A DNA stretch of 64,000 nt from Eledone cirrhosa (lineage: Eukaryota). This document shows, piece by piece, positions 1 to 12,860 of this stretch. Within the stretch, counting starts at the first letter, position 1; each line of letters begins with the position of its first letter. A program made the position numbers and the translations under genes. The DNA is taken from the NCBI GenBank assembly GCA_964016885.1, contig OZ024744.1, forward strand, positions 63,798,001 through 63,862,000. Reading direction: 5' to 3'. Under the pieces are notes generated by a model that saw only the letters and a program-made list of their open reading frames with translations, searched no databases and had not been told where the DNA came from.

Positions 1-21
1 TCACAAATGTTTCCTTACAGC

Positions 22-101
22 TACAACAATAACAACATTAAAAACCATTACCAACAACAACAATAATAACACCACCACCACCAAAATAACAACAACAACC
101 A
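22..101 (+). repeat. Imperfect trinucleotide (ACA/ACC/AAT)n low-complexity tract
   Basis: acaacaataacaaca...ccaacaacaacaataataacaccaccaccaccaaaataacaacaacaacc. It is either 5' UTR or a Thr/Asn-rich coding stretch, since the frame is open from 23 into the ATG at 110. Confidence 0.8.
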
Positions 102-109
102 ATGCTAGC

Positions 110-124
110 ATGGGAAAATTGCCA
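110..124 (+). CDS. Putative first coding segment MGKLP, spliced via a 58-bp GT-AG intron (125-182) to exon 183-365
   Basis: AGCATGG at 107-113 has A at -3 and G at +4. The donor CCA|GTAAAA at 125 is weak but joins in frame to exon 183, giving MGKLPNLPLRRIIFLAFVSLCLLPAYEA-, which has signal-peptide n/h/c architecture. An upstream acceptor-like TTTCCTTACAG at 10-20 suggests the exon begins at 21. Confidence 0.4.
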
Positions 125-182
125 GTAAAATGACAGAAACAACGATAACTGAAAACTTTGTAACATTTTCTTTTCTTTCCAG

Positions 183-365
183 AATCTTCCCTTAAGAAGG
201 ATAATTTTTCTGGCTTTTGTGTCTCTGTGCTTACTCCCTGCTTACGAAGCAATCAGTGTTGAAGAATATTCTAAGCTACCAAGTAACCTGAAGACAGAAA
301 ATCGGAGTGATAACCATGGTGGAATTAGAATGGGTGTTAGTTCAAAATACTGTGATGATGCCAAA
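183..365 (+). CDS. Putative internal coding exon (phase 0-0, 61 codons): NLPLRRIIFLAFVSLCLLPAYEAISVEEYSKLPSNLKTENRSDNHGGIRMGVSSKYCDDAK; hydrophobic signal/anchor segment followed by a polar region
   Basis: Preceded by a polypyrimidine tract plus AG (TTTTCTTTTCTTTCCAG, AG at 181-182) and followed by the consensus donor GTAAGT at 366-371. Length is 183 bp = 61 codons. This is the only + frame open across the interval (same frame as ORF 219..443). No homology known to me. Confidence 0.6.
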
Positions 366-509
366 GTAAGTGTCTGTAAAAGTTTACTCCTGATATTTAC
401 ATGCAAAGGAAGGGCTTTTACGGAGTTTCTTTCTATCAAATAACATTTGCAAGACTTTGAAGCTATAGTAGAAGATATTCAAACTACCTCATATGGGGAT
501 CAATTCCAG

Positions 510-562
510 AACCATTTTCTTTACAATATTGCAAAAAAAAACATTTTTTTCTTTTTCTTTAG
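510..562 (+). other. 3' splice-acceptor-like site at the unique/satellite junction
   Basis: TTTTTTTCTTTTTCTTTAG at 544-562, no other AG dinucleotide between 510 and 560, and a branch-point-like TTTAC near 520-524. Confidence 0.45.
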
Positions 563-2177
563 TATATATCACAGTTATGACATTCCTGTAGTATATATCA
601 CGGTTGTGACGTTCCTGTACTATATATCACAGTTAAAACATTCCTGTAGTATATATCAGCTGTGACATTCCTGTAGTATATATCGCAGTTATGACATTCC
701 TGTAGTATATATCACAGTTATGACATTCCTGTAGTATATATCACAGCTGTGACAATCGTGTAGTATATATCACAGTTATGACATTCTTGTAGTATATATC
801 AGCTGTGACATTCCTGTAGTATATATCGCAGCTCTGACATTCCTGTAGTATATATCACAACTGTGACATTCTTGTAGTATATATCACAGTTATGACATTC
901 CTGTAGTATATATCACAGTTATGACATTCCTGTAGTATATATCACAGCTGTGACATTCTTGTAGTATATATCACAGTTGTGACATTCCTTTAGTATATAA
1001 CACAGCTGTGACATTCCTGTAGTATATATCACAGTTATGACATTCCTGTAGTATATATCACAGTTATGACATTCCTGTAGTATATATCACAGCTGTGACA
1101 TTCCTGTAGTATATATCACAGTTGTGACATTCCTGTAGTATATATCACAGTTATGATATTCCTGTAGTATATATCACAGTTGTGACATTCCTGTAGTATA
1201 TATCACAGTTGTGACATTCCTGTAGTATATATCACAGTTGTGATATTCCTGTAGTATATATCAAAGCTGTGACATTCCTGTAGTATATATCACAGTTATG
1301 ACATTCCTGTAGTATATATCACATATGTGACATTCCTGGAGTATATATCACATTTGTGACATTCCTGTAGTATATATCACATTTGTGACATTCCTGTAGT
1401 ATATATCACAGTTATGACATTCCTGTAGTGTATATCACAGTTGTGACATTCCTGTACTATATATCACAGTTATGACCTTCCTGTAGTATATATCACAGCT
1501 GTGACAATCGTGTAGTATATATCACAGTTGTGACATTCCTGTAGTATATATCGCAGCTGTGACATTCCGGTACTATATATCACAGTTATGACATTCCTGT
1601 AGTATATATCAAGGTTATGACATTCCTGTAGTATATATCACAGTTGTGACATTCCTGTAGTATATATCAAAGCTGTGACATTCCTTTAGTATATATCACA
1701 GTTGTGACATTCCTGTACTATATATCACAGTTGTAACATTCCTGTAGTATATATCACAGTTGTGACATTCCTGTAGTATATATCAAAGCTGTGACATTCC
1801 TGTAGTATATATCACAGTTATGACATTCCTGTAGTATATATCACATTTGTGACATTCCTGGAGTATATATCACAGCTGTGACATTCCTGGAGTATATATC
1901 ACAGCTGTGACATTCCTGTAGTATATATCACAGTTATGACATTCCTGTACTATATATCACAGCTGTGACATTCCTGTAGTATATATCACAGTTATGACAT
2001 TCCTCTAGTATATATCAGAGCTGGGACATTCCTGTAGTAAATATCACAATTATGACATTCCTGTAGTATATATCACAGCTATGACATTCCTGTACTATAT
2101 ATCAGTTTTGACATTCCTGTAGTATATATCACAGTTATGACATTCCTGCAGTATATATCACAATTGTGACAATCCTC

Positions 2178-3114
2178 TAGTATATATCACAGTTATGACA
2201 TTCCTGTAGTATATATCACAGTTATGACATTCCTGTAGTATATATCTGTTATGACCTTCCTGTAGTATATATCACAGCTGTGACATTCTGGTAGTATATA
2301 TAACAGTTGTGATATTCCTCTAGTATATATCACAGCTGTGACATTCCTGTAGTATATATCACAGTTATGACATTCCTATCGTATATATCACAGCTGTGAC
2401 ATTCCTGTAGTATATATCACAGTTGTGACATTCCTGTAGTATGTATAACAGTTATGACATTCCTGTAGTATATATCAGTTATGACCTTCCTGTAGTATAT
2501 ATCACAGCTGCGACATTCCAGTAGTATATATCACAACTGTGACATTCCTGTTCTATATATCACAGTTATGACATTCCTGTAGTATATATCACAGTTGTGA
2601 CATTCCTGTAGCATATATCAAAGCTGTGACATTCCTTTAGTATATATCACAGTTATGACATTCCTGTAGTATATATCACAGTTATGACATTCCTGTAGTA
2701 TATATCTGTTATGACCTTCCTGTAGTATATATCACAGCTGTGACATTCTGGTAGTATATATAACAGTTGTGATATTCCTCTAGTATATATCACAGCTGTG
2801 ACATTCCTGTAGTATATATCACAGTTATGACATTCCTATCGTATATATCACAGCTGTGACATTCCTGTAGTATATATCACAGTTGTGACATTCCTGTAGT
2901 ATGTATAACAGTTATGACATTCCTGTAGTATATATCAGTTATGACCTTCCTGTAGTATATATCACAGCTGCGACATTCCTGTAGTATATATCACAACTGT
3001 GACATTCCTGTTCTATATATCACAGTTATGACATTCCTGTAGTATATATCACAGTTGTGACATTCCTGTAGCATATATCAAAGCTGTGACATTCCTTTAG
3101 TATATATCACAGTT
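2178..3114. repeat. 460-bp (16-monomer) tandem duplication
   Basis: TATATCTGTTATGACC at 2241 and 2701; AAGCTGTGACATTCCTTTAG at 2621 and 3081. One mismatch noted (2520 A vs 2980 T). Confidence 0.9.
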
Positions 3115-6100
3115 GTGACATTCCTCTAGTATATATCACAGGTGTGACATTTTTGTAGTATATATCACAGCGGTGACATTCCTGTAGTATATATCACAGT
3201 TGTGACATTCCACTAGTATATATCACAGTTGTCACATTCCTGTAGTATATATCAAAGTTATGACGTTCCTGTTGCATATATCTCAGTTATGACCTTCCTG
3301 TAGTATATATCACAGCTGTGACATTCCTGTAGTATATATCACAGCTGTGAGATTCCTGTACTCTATATCAGTTATGACATTCCTGTAGTATATATCAGAG
3401 CTGTGACATTCCTGTATATATCACAGCTGTGACATTTTGCAGTATATATCACAGTTGTGACATTCCTCTAGTATATATCAAAGCTATGACATTCCTCTAG
3501 TATATATCACAGCTGTGATATTCCTGTAGTATATATCACAGCTATGACATTCCTGGAGTATATATCACAGCTGCGACATTCCTATAGTATATATCACAGT
3601 TGTGACATTCCTGTAATATATATCACAGTTGTGACATTCCTGTAATATATATCACAGCTGTGACATCCTGTAGTATATATAACAGCGGTGACATTCATGT
3701 AGTATATATCACAGTTATGACATTCCTGTAGTATATATGACAGTTATTAAATTCCTGTTGTCTATATGACAGCTGTAACATTCCTGCAGTATATATCACA
3801 GTTATGACATTCCTGTAGTATATATCGCAGTTATGACCTTCCTGTAGTATATATCACAGTGGTGACATTCCTGTAGTATATATCACAGTTGTGACATTCC
3901 TGTAGTATATATCAAAGCTGTGATATTCCTGTAGTATATATCACAGTTGTGACATTCCTGTAGTATATATCAAAGTCGTGACATTCCTGTAGTATATATC
4001 ACAGTTATGACATTCCTGTAGTATATATAACAGTTGTGACATTCCTGTAGTATATATCACAGGTGTGACATTCTTGTAGTATATATCACAGCGGTGACAT
4101 TCCTGTAGTATATATCACAGTTGTGACATTCCTGTAGTATATATATCACAGCTGTGACATACTTGTAGTATATATCACAGATGTGACATTCCTGTACTAT
4201 ATATCACAGTTGTAACATTCCTGTAGTATATATCACAGTTGTGACATTCCTGTAGTATATATCAAAACTGTGACATTCCTGTAGTATATATCAGGTTATG
4301 ACATTCCTGTAGTATATATCACATTTGTGACATTATTGGAGTATATATCACAGCTGTGACCTTCCTGTAGTATATATCACAACTGTCACATTCCTGTAGT
4401 ATATATCACAGTTATGACATTCCTCTAGTATATATCACAGCGGTGACATTACTGTAGTATATATCACAGTAATGACATTCCTGTAGTATATATCACAGTT
4501 ATGACATTCGTGTACTATATATCACAGCTGTGAGATTCCTGTAGTACATATCACAGTTATGACATTCCTCTAGTATATATCAGAGCTGGAAAATTCCTGT
4601 AGTATATATCACAATTATGACATTCCTGTAGTATATATCACAGTTATGACATTCCTGTAGTATATATCACAGCTATGACATTACTGTAGTATATATCAGT
4701 TTTGACATTCCTGTAGTATATATCACAGTTATGACATTCCTGCAGAATATATCACAATTGTGACAATCCTCTAGTATATATCACAGTTATGACATTCCTG
4801 TAGTATATATCACAGTTATGACATTCCTGTAGTATATATCTGTTATGACCTTCCTGTAGTATATATCACAGCTGTGACATTCTAGTAGTATATATAACTG
4901 TTGTGACATACCTCTAGTATATATCACAGCTGTGACATTCCTGTAGTATATATCACAGTTATGACATTCCTGTCGTATATATCACAGCTGTGACATTCCT
5001 GTAGTATATATCACAGTTGTGACATTCCTGTAGTATGTATAACAGTTATGAGATTCCTGTTCTATTTATCACAGTTGTGACATTCCTGTAGTATATGTCA
5101 CAGTTGTGACATTCCTAGAGTATATATCACAGTTGTGACATTCCTGGAGTATATATCACAGTTGTGACATTCCTGTAGTATATATCAAAGCTGTGACATT
5201 CCTGTAGTATATATCACAGTTGTGACATTCCTGTAGTATATATCACAGTTATGACATTCCTGTAGTATATATCACCATTATGACATTCCTGTAGTATATA
5301 TCACAGTTATGATATTCCTGCAGTATATATCACAATTGTGACATTCCTCTAGTATATATCACAGTTATGACATTCCTGTAGTATATATCACAGTTATGAC
5401 ATTCCTGTTGTATATATCTCAGTTATGACCTTCCTGTAGTATATATCACAGCTGTGACATTCCTGTAGTATATATCACAACTGTGACATTCCTGTTCTAT
5501 ATATCACAGTTATGACATTCCTGTAGTATATATCACAGTTGTGACATTCCTGTAGTATATATCAAAGCTGTGACATTCCTTTAGTATATATCACAGTTGT
5601 GACATTCCTCTAGTATATATCACAGCTGTGACATTCTTGTAGTATATATCACAGCAGTGACATTCCTGTAGTATATATCACAGTTGTGACATTCCTCTAG
5701 TATATATCACAGTTGTCACATTCCTGTAGTATATATCACAGTTATGACATTCCTGTTGCATATATCTCAGTTATGACCTTCCTGTAGTATATATCACAGC
5801 TGTGACATTCCTGTAGTATATATCACAGCTGTGAGATTCCTGTACTCTATATCAGTTATGACATTCCTGTAGTATATATAACAGCTGTGACATTCCTGTA
5901 TATATCACAGCTGTGACATTTTGCAGTATATATCACAGTTGTGACATTTCTCTAGTATATATCAAAGCTATGACATTCCTCTAGTATATATCACAGCTGT
6001 GATATTCCTGTAGTATATATCACAGCTATGACAATCCTGGAGTATATATCACAGCTGTGACATTCCGGTAGTATATATCACAGTTATGACATTCCTGTAG

Positions 6101-9100
6101 TGTATATAACAGTTGTGACATTCCTGTAGTATATATCACAATTATGAGATTCATGTAGTATATATCACAGCTGCGAAATTCCTATAGTATATATCACAGT
6201 TGTGACATTCCTGTAATATATATGACAGTTGTGATATATCACAGCTGTGACATTCCTGTAGTATATATAACAGCGGTGACATTCATGTAGTATATATCAC
6301 AGTTATGACGTTCCTGTAGTATATATCACAGTTATTAAATTCCTGTTTATATGACAGCTGTAACATTCCTGCAGTATATATATCACAGTTATGACATTCC
6401 TGTAGTATATATCGCAGTTATGACCTTCCTGTAGTATATATCACAGTGGTGACATTCCTGTAGTATATATCACATTTGTGACATTATTGGAGTATATATC
6501 ACAGCTGTGACCTTCCTGTAGTATATATAACAACTGTCACATTCCTGTAGTATATATCACAGTTATGACATTCCTCTAGTATATATCACAGCGGTGACAT
6601 TACTGTAGTATATATCACAGTAATGACATTCCTGTAGTATATATCACAGTTATGACATTCCTGTACTATATATCACAGCTGTGAGATTCCTGTAGTATAT
6701 ATCACAGTTATGACATTCCTCTAGTATATATCAGAGCTGGAACATTCCTGTAGTATATATCACAGTTATGACATTCCTGTAGTATATATCACAGCTATGA
6801 CATTACTGTAGTATATATCAGTTTTGACATTCCTGTAGTATATATCACAGTTATGACATTCCTGCAGAATATATCACAATTGTGACAATCCTCTAGTATA
6901 TATCACAGTTATGACATTCCTGTAGTATATATCACAGTTATGACATTCCTGTAGTATATATCTGTTATGACCTTCCTGTAGTATATATCACAGCTGTGAC
7001 ATTCTAGTAGTATATATAACAGTTGTGACATACCTCTAGTATATATCACAGCTGTGACATTCCTGTAGTATATATCACAGTTATGACATTCCTGTCGTAT
7101 ATATCACAGCTGTGACATTCCTGTAGTATATATCACAGTTGTGACATTCCTGTAGTATGTATAACAGTTATGAGATTCCTGTAGTATATATCACAGTTAT
7201 GAGATTCCTGTAGTATATATCACAGTTGTGACATTCCTGTAGTATATATCACAGTTGTGACATTCCTAGAGTATATATCACAGTTGTGACATTCCTGGAG
7301 TATATATCACAGTTGTGACATTCCTGTAGTATATATCAAAGCTGTGACATTCCTGTAGTATATATCACAGTTGTGACATTCCTGTAGTATATATCACAGC
7401 TGCGACATTCCAGTAGTATATATCACAACTGTGACATTCCTGTTCTATATATCACAGTTATGACATTCCTGTAGTATATATCACAGTTGTGACATTCCTG
7501 TAGCATATATCAAAGCTGTGGCATTCCTTTAGTATATATCACAGTTATGACATTCCTGTAGTATATATCACAGTTATGACATTCCTGTAGTATATATCTG
7601 TTATGACCTTCCTGTAGTATATATCACAGCTGTGACATTCTGGTAGTATATATAACAGTTGTGATATTCCTCTAGTATATATCACAGCTGTGACATTCCT
7701 GTAGTATATATCACAGTTATGACATTCCTATCGTATATATCACAGCTGTGACATTCCTGTAGTATATATCACAGTTGTGACATTCCTGTAGTATGTATAA
7801 CAGTTATGACATTCCTGTAGTATATATCAGTTATGACCTTCCTGTAGTATATATCACAGCTGCGACATTCCTGTAGTATATATCACAACTGTGACATTCC
7901 TGTTCTATATATCACAGTTATGACATTCCTGTAGTATATATCACAGTTGTGACATTCCTGTAGCATATATCAAAGCTGTGACATTCCTTTAGTATATATC
8001 ACAGTTGTGACATTCCTCTAGTATATATCACAGGTGTGACATTTTTGTAGTATATATCACAGCGGTGACATTCCTGTAGTATATATCACAGTTGTGACAT
8101 TCCACTAGTATATATCACAGTTGTCACATTCCTGTAGTATATATCAAAGTTATGACGTTCCTGTTGCATATATCTCAGTTATGACCTTCCTGTAGTATAT
8201 ATCACAGCTGTGACATTCCTGTAGTATATATCACAGCTGTGAGATTCCTGTACTCTATATCAGTTATGACATTCCTGTAGTATATATCAGAGCTGTGACA
8301 TTCCTGTATATATCACAGCTGTGACATTTTGCAGTATATATCACAGTTGTGACATTCCTCTAGTATATATCAAAGCTATGACATTCCTCTAGTATATATC
8401 ACAGCTGTGATATTCCTGTAGTATATATCACAGCTATGACATTCCTGGAGTATATATCACAGCTGCGACATTCCTATAGTATATATCACAGTTGTGACAT
8501 TCCTGTAATATATATCACAGTTGTGACATTCCTGTAATATATATCACAGCTGTGACATCGTGTAGTATATATAACAGCGGTGACATTCATGTAGTATATA
8601 TCACAGTTATGACATTCCTGTAGTATATATGACAGTTATTAAATTCCTGTTGTCTATATGACAGCTGTAACATTCCTGCAGTATATATCACAGTTATGAC
8701 ATTCCTGTAGTATATATCGCAGTTATGACCTTCCTGTAGTATATATCACAGTGGTGACATTCCTGTAGTATATATCACAGTTGTGACATTCCTGTAGTAT
8801 ATATCAAAGCTGTGATATTCCTGTAGTATATATCACAGTTGTGACATTCCTGTAGTATATATCAAAGTCGTGACATTCCTGTAGTATATATCACAGTTAT
8901 GACATTCCTGTAGTATATATAACAGTTGTGACATTCCTGTAGTATATATCACAGGTGTGACATTCTTGTAGTATATATCACAGCGGTGACATTCCTGTAG
9001 TATATATCACAGTTATGACATTCCTGTAGTATATATATCACAGCTGTGACATACTTGTAGTATATATCACAGATGTGACATTCCTGTACTATATATCACA

Positions 9101-12100
9101 GTTGTAACATTCCTGTAGTATATATCACAGTTGTGACATTCCTGTAGTATATATCAAAACTGTGACATTCCTGTAGTATATATCAAGTTATGACATTCCT
9201 GTAGTATATATCACATTTGTGACATTATTGGAGTATATATCACAGCTGTGACCTTCCTGTAGTATATATCACAACTGTCACATTCCTGTAGTATATATCA
9301 CAGTTATGACATTCCTCTAGTATATATCACAGCGGTGACATTACTGTAGTATATATCACAGTAATGACATTCCTGTAGTATATATCACAGTTATGACATT
9401 CGTGTACTATATATCACAGCTGTGAGATTCCTGTAGTACATATCACAGTTATGACATTCCTCTAGTATATATCAGAGCTGGAAAATTCCTGTAGTATATA
9501 TCACAATTATGACATTCCTGTAGTATATATCACAGTTATGACATTCCTGTAGTATATATCACAGCTATGACATTACTGTAGTATATATCAGTTTTGACAT
9601 TCCTGTAGTATATATCACAGTTATGACATTCCTGCAGAATATATCACAATTGTGACAATCCTCTAGTATATATCACAGTTATGACATTCCTGTAGTATAT
9701 ATCACAGTTATGACATTCCTGTAGTATATATCTGTTATGACCTTCCTGTAGTATATATCACAGCTGTGACATTCTAGTAGTATATATAACTGTTGTGACA
9801 TACCTCTAGTATATATCACAGCTGTGACATTCCTGTAGTATATATCACAGTTATGACATTCCTGTCGTATATATCACAGCTGTGACATTCCTGTAGTATA
9901 TATCACAGTTGTGACATTCCTGTAGTATGTATAACAGTTATGAGATTCCTGTTCTATTTATCACAGTTGTGACATTCCTGTAGTATATGTCACAGTTGTG
10001 ACATTCCTAGAGTATATATCACAGTTGTGACATTCCTGGAGTATATATCACAGTTGTGACATTCCTGTAGTATATATCAAAGCTGTGACATTCCTGTAGT
10101 ATATATCACAGTTGTGACATTCCTGTAGTATATATCACAGTTATGACATTCCTGTAGTATATATCACCATTATGACATTCCTGTAGTATATATCACAGTT
10201 ATGATATTCCTGCAGTATATATCACAATTGTGACATTCCTCTAGTATATATCACAGTTATGACATTCCTGTAGTATATATCACAGTTATGACATTCCTGT
10301 TGTATATATCTCAGTTATGACCTTCCTGTAGTATATATCACAGCTGTGACATTCCTGTAGTATATATCACAACTGTGACATTCCTGTTCTATATATCACA
10401 GTTATGACATTCCTGTAGTATATATCACAGTTGTGACATTCCTGTAGTATATATCAAAGCTGTGACATTCCTTTAGTATATATCACAGTTGTGACATTCC
10501 TCTAGTATATATCACAGGTGTGACATTCTTGTAGTATATATCACAGCAGTGACATTCCTGTAGTATATATCACAGTTGTGACATTCCTCTAGTATATATC
10601 ACAGTTGTCACATTCCTGTAGTATATATCACAGTTATGACATTCCTGTTGCATATATCTCAGTTATGACCTTCCTGTAGTATATATCACAGCTGTGACAT
10701 TCCTGTAGTATATATCACAGCTGTGAGATTCCTGTACTCTATATCAGTTATGACATTCCTGTAGTATATATAACAGCTGTGACATTCCTGTATATATCAC
10801 AGCTGTGACATTTTGCAGTATATATCACAGTTGTGACATTTCTCTAGTATATATCAAAGCTATGACATTCCTCTAGTATATATCACAGCTGTGATATTCC
10901 TGTAGTATATATCACAGCTATGACAATCCTGGAGTATATATCACAGCTGTGACATTCCGGTAGTATATATCACAGTTATGACATTCCTGTAGTATATATC
11001 ACAATTATGAGATTCATGTAGTATATATCACAGCTGCGAAATTCCTATAGTATATATCACAGTTGTGACATTCCTGTAATATATATGACAGTTGTGATAT
11101 ATCACAGCTGTGACATTCCTGTAGTATATATAACAGCGGTGACATTCATGTAGTATATATCACAGTTATGACGTTCCTGTAGTATATATCACAGTTATTA
11201 AATTCCTGTTTATATGACAGCTGTAACATTCCTGCAGTATATATATCACAGTTATGACATTCCTGTAGTATATATCGCAGTTATGACCTTCCTGTAGTAT
11301 ATATCACAGTGGTGACATTCCTGTAGTATATATCACATTTGTGATATTATTGGAGTATATATCACAGCTGTGACCTTCCTGTAGTATATATCACAACTGT
11401 CACATTCCTGTAGTATATATCACAGTTATGACATTCCTCTAGTATATATCACAGCGGTGACATTACTGTAGTATATATCACAGTAATGACATTCCTGTAG
11501 TATATATCACAGTTATGACATTCCTGTACTATATATCACAGCTGTGAGATTCCTGTAGTATATATCACAGTTATGACATTCCTCTAGTATATATCAGAGC
11601 TGGAACATTCCTGTAGTATATATCACAGTTATGACATTCCTGTAGTATATATCACAGCTATGACATTACTGTAGTATATATCAGTTTTGACATTCCTGTA
11701 GTATATATCACAGTTATGACATTCCTGCAGAATATATCACAATTGTGACAATCCTCTAGTATATATCACAGTTATGACATTCCTGTAGTATATATCACAG
11801 TTATGACATTCCTGTAGTATATATCTGTTATGACCTTCCTGTAGTATATATCACAGCTGTGACATTCTAGTAGTATATATAACAGTTGTGACATACCTCT
11901 AGTATATATCACAGCTGTGACATTCCTGTAGTATATATCACAGTTATGACATTCCTGTCGTATATATCACAGCTGTGACATTCCTGTAGTATATATCACA
12001 GTTGTGACATTCCTGTAGTATGTATAACAGTTATGAGATTCCTGTAGTATATATCACAGTTATGAGATTCCTGTAGTATATATCACAGTTGTGACATTCC

Positions 12101-12260
12101 TGTAGTATATATCACAGTTGTGACATTCCTAGAGTATATATCACAGTTGTGACATTCCTGGAGTATATATCACAGTTGTGACATTCCTGTAGTATATATC
12201 AAAGCTGTGACATTCCTGTAGTATATATCACAGTTGTGACATTCCTGTAGTATATATCAC
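2490..12260. repeat. Near-identical ~4.9 kb tandem duplication (about 2490-7390 and 7390-12260)
   Basis: GCGACATTCCAG at 2510/7402 and GGAAAATTCC at 4588/9480 give offset 4892. GGAACATTCC and CATTCCTAGAG (7261/12124) give offset 4863, which is one monomer fewer. Confidence 0.92.
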
Positions 12261-12394
12261 AGTTGTGACATTCCTGTAGTATATATCACAGTTGTGACAT
12301 TCCTGTAGTATATATCACAGTTGTGACATTCCTGTAGTATATATCACAGTTATGACATTCCTGTAGTATATATCACCATTATGACATTCCTGTA

Positions 12395-12860
12395 GTATAT
12401 ATCACAGTTATGATATTCCTGCAGTATATATCACAATTGTGACATTCCTCTAGTATATATCACAGTTATGACATTCCTGTAGTATATATCACAGTTATGA
12501 CATTCCTGTTGTATATATCTCAGTTATGATCTTCCTGTAGTATATATCACAGCTGTGACATTCCTGTAGTATATATCACAACTGTGACATTCCTGTTCTA
12601 TAAATCACAGTTATGACATTCCTGTAGTATATATCACAGTTATGATATTCCTGCAGTATATATCACAATTGTGACATTCCTCTAGTATATATCACAGTTA
12701 TGACATTCCTGTAGTATATATCACAGTTATGACATTCCTGTTGTATATATCTCAGTTATGACCTTCCTGTAGTATATATCACAGCTGTGACATTCCTGTA
12801 GTATATATCACAACTGTGACATTCCTGTTCTATAAATCACAGTTATGACATTCCTGTAGT
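12395..12860. repeat. 232-bp (8-monomer) tandem duplication
   Basis: The rare variant TTCTATAAATCAC has TAAATC at 12601 and 12833, with the same preceding monomer order. Confidence 0.85.

Noticed and set aside
1-252. Minus-strand ORF with a poly-Val/Leu 'transmembrane' stretch
   Set aside because: It is the antisense reading of the ACA/ACC tract; the splice signals favour the + strand.
242-439. Minus-strand ORF 242..439
   Set aside because: Antisense shadow of the putative + exon with no independent support.
533-550. A9-CA-T7 as a terminator hairpin or retroelement tail
   Set aside because: A/T-only stem with no element body or target-site duplication; better read as part of a polypyrimidine tract.
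447-665. ORF 447..665 (+)
   Set aside because: TTG start; runs through A/T homopolymers into the satellite; lies in the putative intron.
748-774. Bacterial CRP sites or iterons (TGTGA...TCACA)
   Set aside because: The spacer is 17 bp rather than 6, and the context is a eukaryote-like satellite.
3855-3861. RAG recombination-signal heptamer CACAGTG
   Set aside because: Single-base variant of the monomer with no nonamer at 12 or 23 bp.
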